From: Azolla caroliniana
Taxonomy: Eukaryota > Plantae > Polypodiophyta
Assembly: GCA_043228905.1 (NCBI GenBank)
Contig: JBHGNT010000007.1
Coordinates: 2,542,001-2,606,000, forward strand
Direction of reading: 5' to 3'
DNA: 64,000 nt
Made by a program: the position numbers and the translations under genes. Below the pieces are notes generated by a model, which was not told the origin of the DNA, made no database searches, and saw nothing but the letters and a program-made list of their open reading frames with translations. This document shows positions 35,801 through 45,800 of the stretch, piece after piece (positions within the stretch are counted from its first letter, which is position 1; every line of letters begins with the position of its first letter).

Positions 35801-36483
35801 TGTTTTAAAAATATTCATGAGAAATACCTGGAAGAAGCTTGATTACATAGGTCGCAACTGCAGTAGCGAAATGTCCTAAGACAGAGGCATAAGCAGGAAT
35901 GCTTACACTTGAATTATTTCGGTTATAGTTTCTCTTTCCAGCACATGTATTCATGATATAGTACCAAGGAACAATCATCAATGCTGAAAAATATATCACA
36001 AAATAAGATTGTGAAGAGAAGGAAGAAATAAAGACATAGAATCCGTAGAAGAAATACTACACCGGATATACAAGAAACAAATGAAACAAAATTGTGTTAT
36101 GAGGAAATAGTGCAGACGAAAGGAGGGAAGTAAACATCGGGTTACAATTTGAAGAAGGAAGATCTAAGGATAAAAAATAAAGAAGAAAAGAAAGGAAACT
36201 GCAATAGAATTTGATGTAAAAAGAACATAAACGAAAGGAAGAAAAACGTGTTGACTTGTAAAAAAAAAGGAATAGCACGGGAGAAAGAAACTGTGTAAGA
36301 ATCCTAAGAAGAAATAGCACATAACAGCGAGAGAGAGAGAGAAATACTGAGAATGAACAGCAAAATGGAAGAGAAGGTGGAAGGATGTTGGCAGAGATGA
36401 ACGAAAACAGCAATGGCGCCATAGGTCGCTGGAGGCTTGAAGAGGGAGAGAAGAAAGCGCAGTCGCCACAGCTTCCCCGCCAT
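2518..36483 (-). CDS. spliced DHHC-type protein S-acyltransferase (palmitoyltransferase), whole gene span
   Basis: Manually spliced GT-AG exons with compatible phases give NPGYV, KHCHHC..YDHHC...NCIG.GNHRLF, NLTTHEW (TTxE) and NPYDEG...N (PaCCT-like) motifs plus hydrophobic segments; one phase-1-to-phase-2 exon is not located. Confidence 0.88.
3275..6010 (+). pseudogene. gag-pol remnant (partial gag, RT, RNase H, integrase); protease region deleted near 3785
   Basis: ORF pieces 3275-3670, 4066-4407, 4635-4907, 5210-6067 with stops and frameshifts. Confidence 0.9.
5998..7164 (+). pseudogene. extra 3' ORF of the gypsy element: coiled-coil plus acidic Pro/Thr-rich tail
   Basis: ORFs 5998-6384, 6412-6867, 6925-7164 share one frame, broken by two single TAA codons. 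Confidence 0.7.
7884..7923 (-). CDS. PAT exon ([13 protein letters not shown])
   Basis: TTCAG acceptor, G|GTGAG donor. Confidence 0.85.
8014..8073 (-). CDS. PAT exon ([20 protein letters not shown])
   Basis: TTxE motif; CAG acceptor, GTAATG donor. Confidence 0.92.
8156..8221 (-). CDS. PAT exon ([22 protein letters not shown])
   Basis: CAG acceptor, CAG|GTGCG donor, transmembrane-like. Confidence 0.88.
9224..9267 (-). CDS. PAT exon ([15 protein letters not shown])
   Basis: CAG acceptor, CAG|GTA donor, phase 1/0 fits neighbours. Confidence 0.78.
9358..9405 (-). CDS. PAT exon ([16 protein letters not shown])
   Basis: TAG acceptor, AAG|GTAG donor, phase 1/1 fits neighbours. Confidence 0.75.
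9488..9571 (-). CDS. PAT exon ([13 protein letters not shown]...CSSI)
   Basis: Continues NCIG-x-GNHRxF; GCAG acceptor, GTAAGT donor. Confidence 0.92.
10120..10209 (-). CDS. PAT catalytic exon ([29 protein letters not shown])
   Basis: DHHC motif; TTTTTCGCAG acceptor, G|GTAAAA donor. Confidence 0.95.
10322..10374 (-). CDS. PAT exon ([17 protein letters not shown])
   Basis: GCAG acceptor, AAG|GTATTT donor; NPG motif typical before the DHHC-CRD. Confidence 0.88.
10896..10976 (+). pseudogene. psaC: nuclear plastid DNA fragment of photosystem I Fe-S protein gene
   Basis: Translates to [27 protein letters not shown] versus Psa[28 protein letters not shown]. Confidence 0.9.
11820..12230 (-). mobile_element. 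old 5'-truncated LINE 3' fragment related to the LINE at 18.6-23.8 kb
   Basis: Reverse-complement similarity to 23340-23660 (end of ORF2 and 3' UTR). Confidence 0.65.
12434..12755. repeat. 161-bp tandem duplication spanning flank, TSD and first 55 bp of the copia LTR
   Basis: Units 12434-12594 and 12595-12755 nearly identical. Confidence 0.93.
13061..16965 (+). pseudogene. copia gag-pol with frameshifts; in-frame 81-bp tandem duplication in gag (13692-13853)
   Basis: ORFs 13061-14008, 14071-15327, 15875-17014. Confidence 0.9.
16966..17568 (-). mobile_element. inverted 3' end (RNase H tail, PPT, complete 468-bp LTR 16966-17433) of the same copia family
   Basis: Reverse complement of 17593-18195 with scattered mismatches. 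Confidence 0.92.
18251..18343. repeat. small inverted repeat, possible MITE relic
   Basis: tatcaaatagccacattttagtt ... aactaaattgtggctatttgata. Confidence 0.55.
18851..19915 (+). pseudogene. LINE ORF1 (coiled coil plus RRM/CTD-like region, IYLDDDLT), two premature stops
   Basis: ORFs 18851-19459 and 19493-19864 in one frame. Confidence 0.85.
19922..23608 (+). pseudogene. LINE ORF2 (endonuclease/reverse transcriptase), three premature stops, no frameshift
   Basis: [36 protein letters not shown] motifs; four ORFs all in one frame. Confidence 0.92.
23838..24068 (+). mobile_element. second, diverged LINE 3' UTR fragment directly behind the full-length LINE
   Basis: Diverged repeat of 23567-23797. 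Confidence 0.8.
24587..25917 (+). mobile_element. degenerate copia RT-RNase H fragment
   Basis: [27 protein letters not shown] motifs with many lesions. Confidence 0.85.
26069..26640 (-). mobile_element. highly degenerate copia RNase H fragment
   Basis: [10 protein letters not shown] and THPNIA..VG remnants. Confidence 0.65.
26730..27335 (+). mobile_element. copia fragment related to the 12701 element
   Basis: KSLVISRDV and [14 protein letters not shown], similar to 15308 and 16220-16400. Confidence 0.75.
27336..29620 (-). mobile_element. degenerate copia integrase-RT-RNase H, interrupted by a solo LTR
   Basis: [39 protein letters not shown]. Confidence 0.85.
28670..29123. mobile_element. 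solo LTR (454 bp)
   Basis: TGTTACAG...CTGTAACA termini, TSD CTCCC both sides, splits the copia DEGEPL codons. Confidence 0.88.
30076..33530 (+). mobile_element. 5'-truncated copia (integrase, RT, RNase H, PPT, LTR from ~33207; right end approximate)
   Basis: [23 protein letters not shown]; AGGGGGG tract then TGTTAC; LTR has gtgtgaac tandem repeats. Confidence 0.85.
31512..32469. repeat. four tandem copies of a ~239-bp RT segment
   Basis: gctcaacctccagg recurs at 31513, 31751, 31990, 32229. Confidence 0.95.
35828..35983 (-). CDS. PAT exon 2 (LMIVPWYY...YVIKLLP)
   Basis: TTTTCAG acceptor, CAG|GTATTT donor, open hydrophobic frame, phase 1/1. Confidence 0.75.
36348..36483 (-). CDS. PAT exon 1 ([12 protein letters not shown]...SILLFIL)
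   Basis: ATG at 36483, 45 codons +1 nt, GTATTT donor; phase matches the next exon. Confidence 0.7.
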
Positions 36484-36595
36484 AGCTCGCTGAGAGACAG
36501 GAACTGAAATATTCCGGAAATACCCTTTCCCAAATGACGAGAATACCCCTCTACGTTCATTTCAATTTTCCTTTACCAAACAAACAACTCATTGC

Positions 36596-36883
36596 CGGGA
36601 ATCCGCAACGGTTCCGTTTCGGCTTAGCCGCGGTTAACACTTAACCGGTTTGGGAGTTTTCAAACTCGAACCGAACCGATCCCTAAACCAGTTTGGCTAA
36701 AATGGTTAAGCCTAAACCGGTTTACCGGTTTATCCAAACCGATTAGCCGTAATTAGTTCGGGAATTGCTTAAGCGTTGCCAAACCGAGCTCAAATAGGTT
36801 AAGGAAGCTCAAGCTTGAACCAAGCCAAACCAAATTGGTTTAATTGCTTGTTCAAGCTTGAACTGAACCGTTGCCGACTCCTA
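36596..36883. mobile_element. MITE-like element with imperfect TIRs and AACCG subterminal repeats, in the PAT promoter
   Basis: cgggaatccgcaacggttc versus reverse complement of gaaccgttgccgactccta; many AACCG/CGGTT motifs; no clear TSD. Confidence 0.6.
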
Positions 36884-37059
36884 TTGATTCAAACAACCGG
36901 GAAGAGCACGAGGAACAAGTTCAAGCAAAAGAATGAGGGTTTGAAGAAGAAGATCGCCCCTTCCTTATCTATCTAACCTCATATTTGACATTTGAAGACA
37001 ATAATAAAATCTATCTATCTATCTATTTAAGAGATAGGAGGAGGACGGAGGATAACCTC

Positions 37060-37929
37060 AACCTTAGAGCAATAAATGTGTTGCAACAAGGAGGATACTC
37101 AATGACAACAGATGGTTGATGTGGCCTTGAGGAAGCTAATTTTTCTATTTTTTTTTATCAGGATGAGTGATTATGGTGTGGGAATTGAAGCAAATTTTGA
37201 TGTGGACTGAATGAAGCAGTTTTTTGTTTTGAGATAAGGATGAGTGAGAAGCATATTTTCTTGAGCAGCCGCCGTTTGAGGCAGCTGATTTTCTGTTTTT
37301 CATTACGATGAGTGATGATAGTGTGGGATTGAAGCATATTATCATGAGTAGGTGCATTCATGTCTGCTTTTGTAGGTTTAAGCTATTGGGGATACTTGAT
37401 GACAGCAAGATGGTTGTTGTGGCCTCCAGGAAGCTGTTTTTTCTGTTTTTTTATCAGGATGAGTGATGATGGTGTGGGAGTTGAAGTAGATTTTCATGAG
37501 TATGCGAGAAACTGTTTTTAAACTCAATGACGAGATGGTTGATCTGGATTGAATGAAGCTGGTTTATTTTTCATTACAATGATTGATGATGGTACGATGG
37601 CCAAAGCATATCATGAGGAGATGTGGAAATCGTTTAGACTCATTTTGTTGCATTTTTTATAAGCCATTGGTGGTAATCAGTGAGATGTTTGATGCGGACT
37701 GAATGGGGTTGTTTTTTGTTTGGAGATAAGGATGAGTGAGAAGCATAATTTCTTGAGGAGCCGTCGTTTGAGGCATCTGATTTTCTGTTTTTCATTACAA
37801 TGAGTGATGATGGTGTGGGAATTGAAGCATATTTTCATGAGTAGGTGAGGAATTTTTTTAACTCATTTCTTGTGTTGATAGTACAGGATGTTGCTGTTAA
37901 TCATCGCGATGGCGACATGGTCAGGCGAG
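37060..37929. repeat. degenerate tandem repeat array that resumes at 55429-55700
   Basis: Recurrent ggatgagtgatgatggtgtggg..tgaagcatatt and tgaatgaagc..tttt units on both sides of the 37930-55428 insertions. Confidence 0.7.
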
Positions 37930-38031
37930 TGTCATGAACAGTACTAAGACAGAGAAGGAATTAGTACTAAAAGAAGTATTAGTACTAAGAGAGGTGAAGA
38001 ACTCTCGAGAGAAGGAAGAGGGAGTGAGAGG

Positions 38032-38070
<39 letters not shown>

Positions 38071-38353
38071 AGAAAAGATATATATTATGTGAAGAGAATG
38101 TACAGTAGTAGCTAGGAGGCTTAAGACTGGCGTTGAACCGATTTGGTTCGAAATAATGCCTCGTGCCTCCTTTTATAGTGTTCTAAGGAATACTCCTGAA
38201 GTTTCTAGAATGTTCCAGAGAAATCTGGAATATACATCAATTTTCTATAATAAAATATAAATGAAAATAATATTCTACGTATTACAATGTATAGTCTAAT
38301 GGTCAAGAGCTCGACCCATGTAGCATAAGGTTATGGGTTCGAGTCTTGCCATA

Positions 38354-41300
38354 TCATGACACTATCCCCCCTTTAAAACGACGAGTGTAACGAGTCGTTT
38401 TGGATTGAGGACCCGGTTTGTCTGGATATTGATGGTGGAAGTCTTCAAGAAGTGCACGAGCATTGGTGACATTCTCTATCGGTTCCCAAGTACGCTCACT
38501 GGGACTATATCCTAGCCAATCGACTAGATAGTAGAGTTTGTTGCGAACAATCTTGGAATCAAGGATGGCGGCAACCTCGTACTCAGGTCCATCTTCAAGC
38601 TCGATCGGGGGTGGAGGCTGTGTAATACGTCCTGGGATGGTGCTCTCTTGATAGGGTTCAAGGAGAGAACTATGAAACACCGGCTGTATCTGAAGTTGTG
38701 GAGGTAGATCGAGACGGAAAGCGACATCATTAATCTTTCCTATGATACGGAAAGGACCTAATCGCCGATAATCCAACTTCTCGCATGGGCGAGTAGTCTT
38801 GATGTGTCGTCGGAGTAGCCATACCCGATCTCCAATGTTAAAACTGGATGGGAGTCGATGACGATCCACATAAACCTTGTGTGTTTGCTGAGCTTGTTGG
38901 AGATGAGTAGATAAATACGCTTGTATCTTGCGTAACCGCTCCAAACGATCCTCCGCGCAAGGATTTGTGGACACCTCTGGGGTTTCAAGTACACACCACC
39001 GGGGGTGACATCCCGTATAAGCATAAAATGGTGTAACTTTAGTCGATGCGTGGATAGAGTTATTATAGGCAAATTCGGCGAAGTGGAGAATATCTGCCCA
39101 GTCATCCTGATGATAGCTGAGAAAGCACCACAGGTACTGCTCCAGCGTTTGATTTGTTCGTTCGGCTTGGCCGTCGGTTTGTGGGTGGTAGCCGGAGGAG
39201 AGGTTACAAGTGACCTCGAGCATTTTAAAAAGGTGCATCCAGAATTTTGACACGAACTGGGGTCCACTGCACCAGAATTTTGACACGAACTGGGGTCCAC
39301 GGTCGCTGACGATACTATCGGGAAGTCCATGATGCCGACATACTTCACGCATGACAATTTCGGCGGTGTCTTCATTGGAGATTTCCTTAGTACATGGCAA
39401 AAAATGAGCCATCTTCGTATATCGATCTACCACTGTTAGAATCGCATTGAACCCCTTAGAGACTGGAAGATCTGTGATGAAGTTTAGAGCAATGGATTGC
39501 CACGGCTTGCTTGGAATTGGTAATGGTTCTAATAAACCATATGGATGATGCCTTGGCATTTTCGCTCTGCAGCATGTGTCACAAGTCCGAACAAAATCTT
39601 CGACAAATTGTCGCATACGGGGCCACCAGAATGATCGTTGTACTAAATCTAATGTTTTAGTACTACCAAAATGCCCAACTGTATATGTGACATGACAATT
39701 TTGTACTACTTGAAGGCGGGAAGAACCATTAGGAACATACAAAAGTTCTTTAAAGAAGAGTAATCCATCATGGTATTTGAATTGCCGATAGTCCGTACCT
39801 GGTGGTTGCGACTGTGAACACGACGCTCGAGAGGGATCAATTTGTGCTAGTATAGCTTGGGTGAAAGCATCTGTCTTCAGGTCCGCACGTATGATATCGA
39901 TAACGTGGGAATCCATGGGCATGCCAAAGACCTGTGTTGCTTGCAGTCGTGCCAGTCCCAAGATTACTTGCTTTTGGTTATCGAAAGTTGGCTCGCCGGG
40001 ACGCGGTGCTAGGTACGAACGCCGTGATAATGCATCTGCTTTCCCTTGATGTTTCCCAGGTCGATATGTAATCTTGAAGTCGAAACGCGTGAGAAAATGG
40101 GCCCACCAAGCTTGACGTCGATTTAACACACGAGCGTCTTGAAAATAGGCGAGGTTTTTGTGGTCACTGAATACAGTGACTTGATGAGAAGATCCCTCTA
40201 GAAAATGCCTCCATTACATAAAAGAGTCCACTATAGCCAATAGCTCTTTATCATGAATTTCGTAGTTGATTTCAGCGGCGTCAAACTTGCATGAGTGAAA
40301 AGCCACAGGATGTAGCTTTTCATCATTACCTCGTTGTGATAGAATGCTTCCCAATACAAAATCCGATGCGTCCGCTTCAATGATTAATGGTTTTTCTGGA
40401 TCAACGTGAGCTAGAATCGGAGCCGATGTAAATGCCTGTTTAAGATTCTCAAAAGCCATGTCTGCTTCTTCAGACCAAACGAACGATTGTCCCTTCCTAG
40501 TAAGTTGTGTAAGAGGCAAAACGAGCTTTGAGTAATCCTTTATAAACTTTCGGTAAAAATTGGCAAAGCCTAGAAAGCATTGCACATCCCGCACCGAACG
40601 CGGAGTCTGCCATTCTACCACCGTTTTGACCTGGGTCCATGGAGATGCCTTCTGAGGAAATGACATAGCCAAGAAATTCCACCTAGTTGCACCCGAAACT
40701 ACATTTTTCCAGCTTTGCATAGAGACCATGTTCTCGAAGTCGTTTTAGTACTAATAGTACATGAGAATCATGCTCTTCTTGGGTCTTCGAGTAAACCAGT
40801 AGATCATCCAAATAGATGATTAGACACACATCCAAGAGATCTCGGAAAATATCATTTGCCATGTGCTAGAAGACTGATGGCGCATTAGTGAGGCCGAACG
40901 GCATGACTGTATACTCGAAGTGCCCATATCTCGTGCGGAACGCGGTCTTCCATTCATCTCCTGGTCGGATCCGTACGAGGTTATAGACTCCCCGTAAGTC
41001 GATCTTCATGAAGAACCTGGCACCATTGATCCGTTCTAAAAGACTTGAGATAAGGGGGAGTGCATACCTATTTCAGATTGTAACCTTATTCAAGCCACGG
41101 TAATCTACAACGAGCCGAAGTGAGCCATCCTTTTTCTTGACGAAGAAAATGGGTGCGCCGGCTGGAGACTTCGAATGTCGTATGAAACCATTCTCCAAAT
41201 TCTCCTCTATATTGGCTCGAAGGACTTCCAGTTCGGTTGGTGACAAATTGTAAATCGGTCCCCAAGGTGGCTCTTTCCCCGGTTGTAAATCGATGGGGCA

Positions 41301-41978
41301 ATCATATGGTCGATGGTGAGGAAGTGTACTGGCTTGTACTTTATCAAACACATCGGCATACTGATGATACTTCTCTGGAAGTTGAATGGTGGAATCCTCT
41401 TTAGTGGTGCTAGAGGGGTTTACTGATATTGCGAAGAGGAACATTTCTTCCTTGCATCCTTCCTCACGCAACTGATGTAATGAAATCGTTGCAATCTCAT
41501 GAGTAGACCCTCAAGCTTTTCGATGCCGGATTTCTCTTGTCCGCCAATCTATGTCTGGGTTATGTAATTCGAACCATGGTAATCCTAAGACAATGGGGTG
41601 TTCTGGGATGCTAATTATATTAAATGATATGACACATGCTAGATTATCTAGGACAACATTAACGGGCTCTGACTCTTCTATGATATTTCCTGAGGCAATG
41701 GGACGACCATCGACGACTACTACAAGGGCAGGACATGGGAGTTTTCTGAGAGATATCTGATGAGCTTGGGCAAATTTCCTATCCATGAAGCAAGAATTAG
41801 CTCCAGAATCTAGAAGTGCTAAGACATGTACTGGAGGAGTACTTTTAGTACTAACTGTTACTTGGGTTGCGAACACATTGCTAACTTGCTTAGAGGGAAT
41901 GGAACCACTAATGCGTTGCACAGATCTAGGGCTGTCCAACCAAACGGCTCCTATTTTGGCTGGACTTAGTCGTTTAAC
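38354..41978 (-). pseudogene. chromovirus A pol (PR-RT-RH-IN-chromodomain) with stops and frameshifts; in-frame 33-bp duplication near 39240-39300
   Basis: LLDSGA, YLDD, GPY/F, EYEVAAILDSK..YLVDWLGY..TWEP. Confidence 0.92.
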
Positions 41979-42875
41979 TCTTCTTCTAACTGACTAAGGA
42001 CATCAAATTTGTTCGCTAGATTTGGGTTATTAGTACTATTAGGACTATCAGATATCCCTACTGAAATAGACTCGGGTTTAGTACAATCAGAACTAGCAAC
42101 TATTTGGTTTACCTGCCTTCTTGGTCTATGGGGACAGTTTACAGCGATATGCCCTGGTCCACCGCAATAAAGACATAGTCAATTTGCTTGACGTCGTTGC
42201 TTTTCTTCTTCCGATAGCGGTCCACGATGACGTGTGGTGTCAATTTCCATCGGAGTTGGAGTACTTGTTGGAGGCGCATTATATGACTCCCTCGGAAAAG
42301 GTTTCGCTACCACTGAGGCATAGGTAGGCTCTGATCTTGCCCTCGGAATCTGGAATTGTCGTTCCGAACGTCGTTCGAAGAGGCGGTTGTCGCATCTCAC
42401 TGCGCGACTAATTGTCAAGACTGAGAGAGAAAAAGAGAGAGAAAAAGAGATAGAGAGATAATTGAAAGAGAATTATTATATTGAAGCGTAAAATGGATTA
42501 CAAAGAGTAGGCTACAAAATGGCGTTGAACCAATTTAGGTTTGGGATGGGTGGTAGATCCCTATTTATAAGTAATAGAGAACTCTCTAGAATATTCTAGG
42601 TTATCCTAGAATGTAGAGTAATCTAGAAGATCTCTAGAGTATTCTAGAAGGTTCTAGTGGTATAGAACACTCTAGAATATTCTAGGTCATTCTAGAATGT
42701 AGCGTAATATAGAATATTCCTATGATATTAGATTTCATATTCTAGAGACTATACATATAAGAATATTAATACAATGGTTAAGGATTTGACATGTGTACAA
42801 CAAGGTCGTGGGTTCAAATCCTTTCAAGTCATAATGTGAGTGTCATGATCCTTTCGATGCATGATGTGACTGTTA

Positions 42876-45800
42876 TCATGACACTATCCCCCTTCTTCGA
42901 CGACACGTCTCACGGGTCGTAGGGTTTGTATTAGGACCTGGTTTACAAGGATATTGGCGATGAAATGCATTGACGAGTTCTGCAGCATTGGAAAGATTTG
43001 TGGCAGGTTCCCAAGTTCGATCGTTGGGGGTATAGCCTAGCCAATCGACCAAGTAATACAACTTGTTGCGCACGATTTTAGAATCGAGAACGACAGCAAC
43101 TTCAAATTCAGGCCCGTCCAAGAACTCGACAGGTGGTGGGGGTGTCGTAAGACGGCCCGGAATTGAACTTGTAGTATAAGGTTCCAAAAGGGATACATGA
43201 AACACCGGATGAAGATGCATGTGCGGAGGGAGGTCAAGACGAAATGCAACATCACTTATCTTACCAGTGATCATGTAAGGGCCAAAACGTTGGTAATCCA
43301 ATTTACTACAAGGTCGAGTGGTCTTGATGTTGTGTTGGAGAAGCCATACATGATCCCCAATGCGGAACTTTTTTGAGGAGTCTAGACGATGACGATCGGC
43401 AAGCCTCTTGTGTGTAAATTGAGCATCGTGCAAATTGTGGAGAATGTTAGCTTGAATTTCTTGGAGGCGACTAAGACGATCCTCGGCAGTAGGGTTGGTA
43501 GGAACTTCTGGATGCACATTCATCGTCCATCGAGGATGACAGCCCGTATTTGCGAAAAATGGGGAATATCCTGTAGAAGAATGGGCTGAGTTGTTGTAAG
43601 CGAATTCCGCCAAGTGCAAAAATGCAACCCAATCATCTTGTTGATAGTTGATGAAACAACGAAGATATTGTTCCAATGTCTGGTTGGTACGCTCTGTTTG
43701 GCCATTTGTTTCAGGATGATAGCCCGAAGAAAGCTTAACTGAAATGTGGAGAAGTTTGAACAGGTGCTTCCAAAACTTTGAGATGAATTGTGGACCACGA
43801 TCACTAATAATATCATCTGGCAGACCATGATGCTTAAATACCTCCCGCATAACGAGATCAGCAATCTCTTGACTAGTAATCGACTTTGTACATGGCAAGA
43901 AATGTGCCATTTTGGTAAATCGATCAACCACTGTGAGAATTGCATCAAAACCTTTTGAAACTGGGAGATCAGTAATGAAGTCCAAGGATATAGACTTCCA
44001 AGGTGTTTCCGGAACGGGAAGTGGTTGTAGTAAGCCATAGGGTCGGTGACGAGGATTCTTTGATCGACAACATATATCACAACTCCGAACATACTCCTCA
44101 ACAAAATGACGAAGGCGAGGCCACCAATAGCGTCGAGAAATTAATTCTAGAGTCTTGTGAACTCCAAAATGACCAGCCATTGGTGAGTCATGGCAATGTT
44201 GCAAAACTTGTAGCCATGGGGAACCATCAGGAACATACAATAAATTTTGTCGAAATAGAAAACCATCATGCCAATAGAACTGACAATAGTCATTACGAGG
44301 ATTTTTCGACTGTGAGCAAGAAGCACGATCCGGGACGATATGATCCAAAACATCCTTGGCGAAATCATCAGTGGCCATATGATCTCGAATGGAATCAAGA
44401 AGAGTGGAATTTTCAAGAGCTGTTATGGCGTTAACTACCATTAATCGTAATCGATTAGGACCCAAAAGGATTTGTTTTTGATGCTCAAAAGCAGGTTCCC
44501 CTGGACGAAGTTCCATATAAGAGCGCCGAGAAAGAGCATCTGCTTTGCCTTGCTGCATCCCAAGGCGATATATGATGATAAAGTCGAAGTGAGTCAAAAA
44601 TTGCGCCCACCGGGCTTGTCGCCGACTCAAGACTCGAGCATTTTGGAAATAAGTCAGGTTCTTATGATCATTGTAGACAATGATCTGCTGAGAAGAACCT
44701 TCTAGGAAATGTCGCCATTGTTGAAACGAATCCACGATTGCAAGAAGCTCTTTGTCATGGATCTCGTAGTTGATCTCTGCAGCTTCAAACTTTCGTGAAT
44801 GAAAGGCGACAGGGTGTAGTTGTCCATCATCTCCAGTCTGCGAGAGGACACTCCCTAGTGCAAAATCGGATGCATCGGCTTCGAGGATGAAGCGTTTTGT
44901 TGGGTCGACATGTGCTAAGATAGGTGCCGTTGTAAATGCTCGTTTTAAGCTTTCGAATGCCTCGGATGCATCTGAACTCCATATAAATGGTTGATCTTTA
45001 TGTGTGAGCTGAGTAAGCGGAAGCACAACCTTGGAATAATCTTTAATAAATTTTCGATAAAAATTTGCAAACCCGAGAAAACATTGCACATCACGCACTG
45101 AAAGGGGCGTTTGCCATTCTAAAATTGCCTGTACCTTCATGGGGTCCATAGCAATACCATTTGACGATACAACATACCCCAAAAATTCCACTTGATTCTG
45201 GCCGAAACTACACTTTTCTAATTTTGCGTAGAGACCATATTCTCGGAGTCGGCATAGTACTTGACGAACATGTGCATCATGCTCCTCTTGGGTCTTTGAG
45301 TAGATTAAAATATCATCTAGGTAAACTATAGTGAAGATATCAAGAAAATCTCGAAAAATATCGTTCGCCATATGTTGGAAAACAGCAGGTGCATTCGTGA
45401 GACCAAATGGCATCACTGTATACTCAAAATGTCCATAGCGAGTGCGGAAAGCTGTCTTCCATTCATCCCCCGGGCGAATCCGAACTAGATTATATGCTCC
45501 GCGAAGGTCCAACTTCGTGAAATATTTTGCACCACTGAGACGTTCCAAAAGATTCGGGATTAATGGTAGAGCATATCTATTTCGGATAGTCACTTTGTTT
45601 AGCCCTCGATAATCCACGACCAACCGAAGAGTCCCATTCTTCTTCTTAACGAAGACGATAGGTGCACCAACAGGGGATCTAGAATGCCGAATGAATCCGT
45701 TTGCCAGATTCTCATCAATATATTCCCGCAAAGTCTCTAGCTCTACAGGGGAGAGATTATAAATTGGGCCCCATGGAGGTTCTTTCCCTGGTTGTAAGTC

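Noticed and set aside
36057-36560. 167-aa and 101-aa ORFs as the PAT N-terminus
   Set aside because: Their frames give the wrong phase at the 36347 donor; the frame starting at ATG 36483 fits.
38285-38357. Calling the LTR tRNA-like modules functional tRNA genes
   Set aside because: Acceptor and anticodon stems do not pair; only the A/B boxes and T-arm are recognisable.
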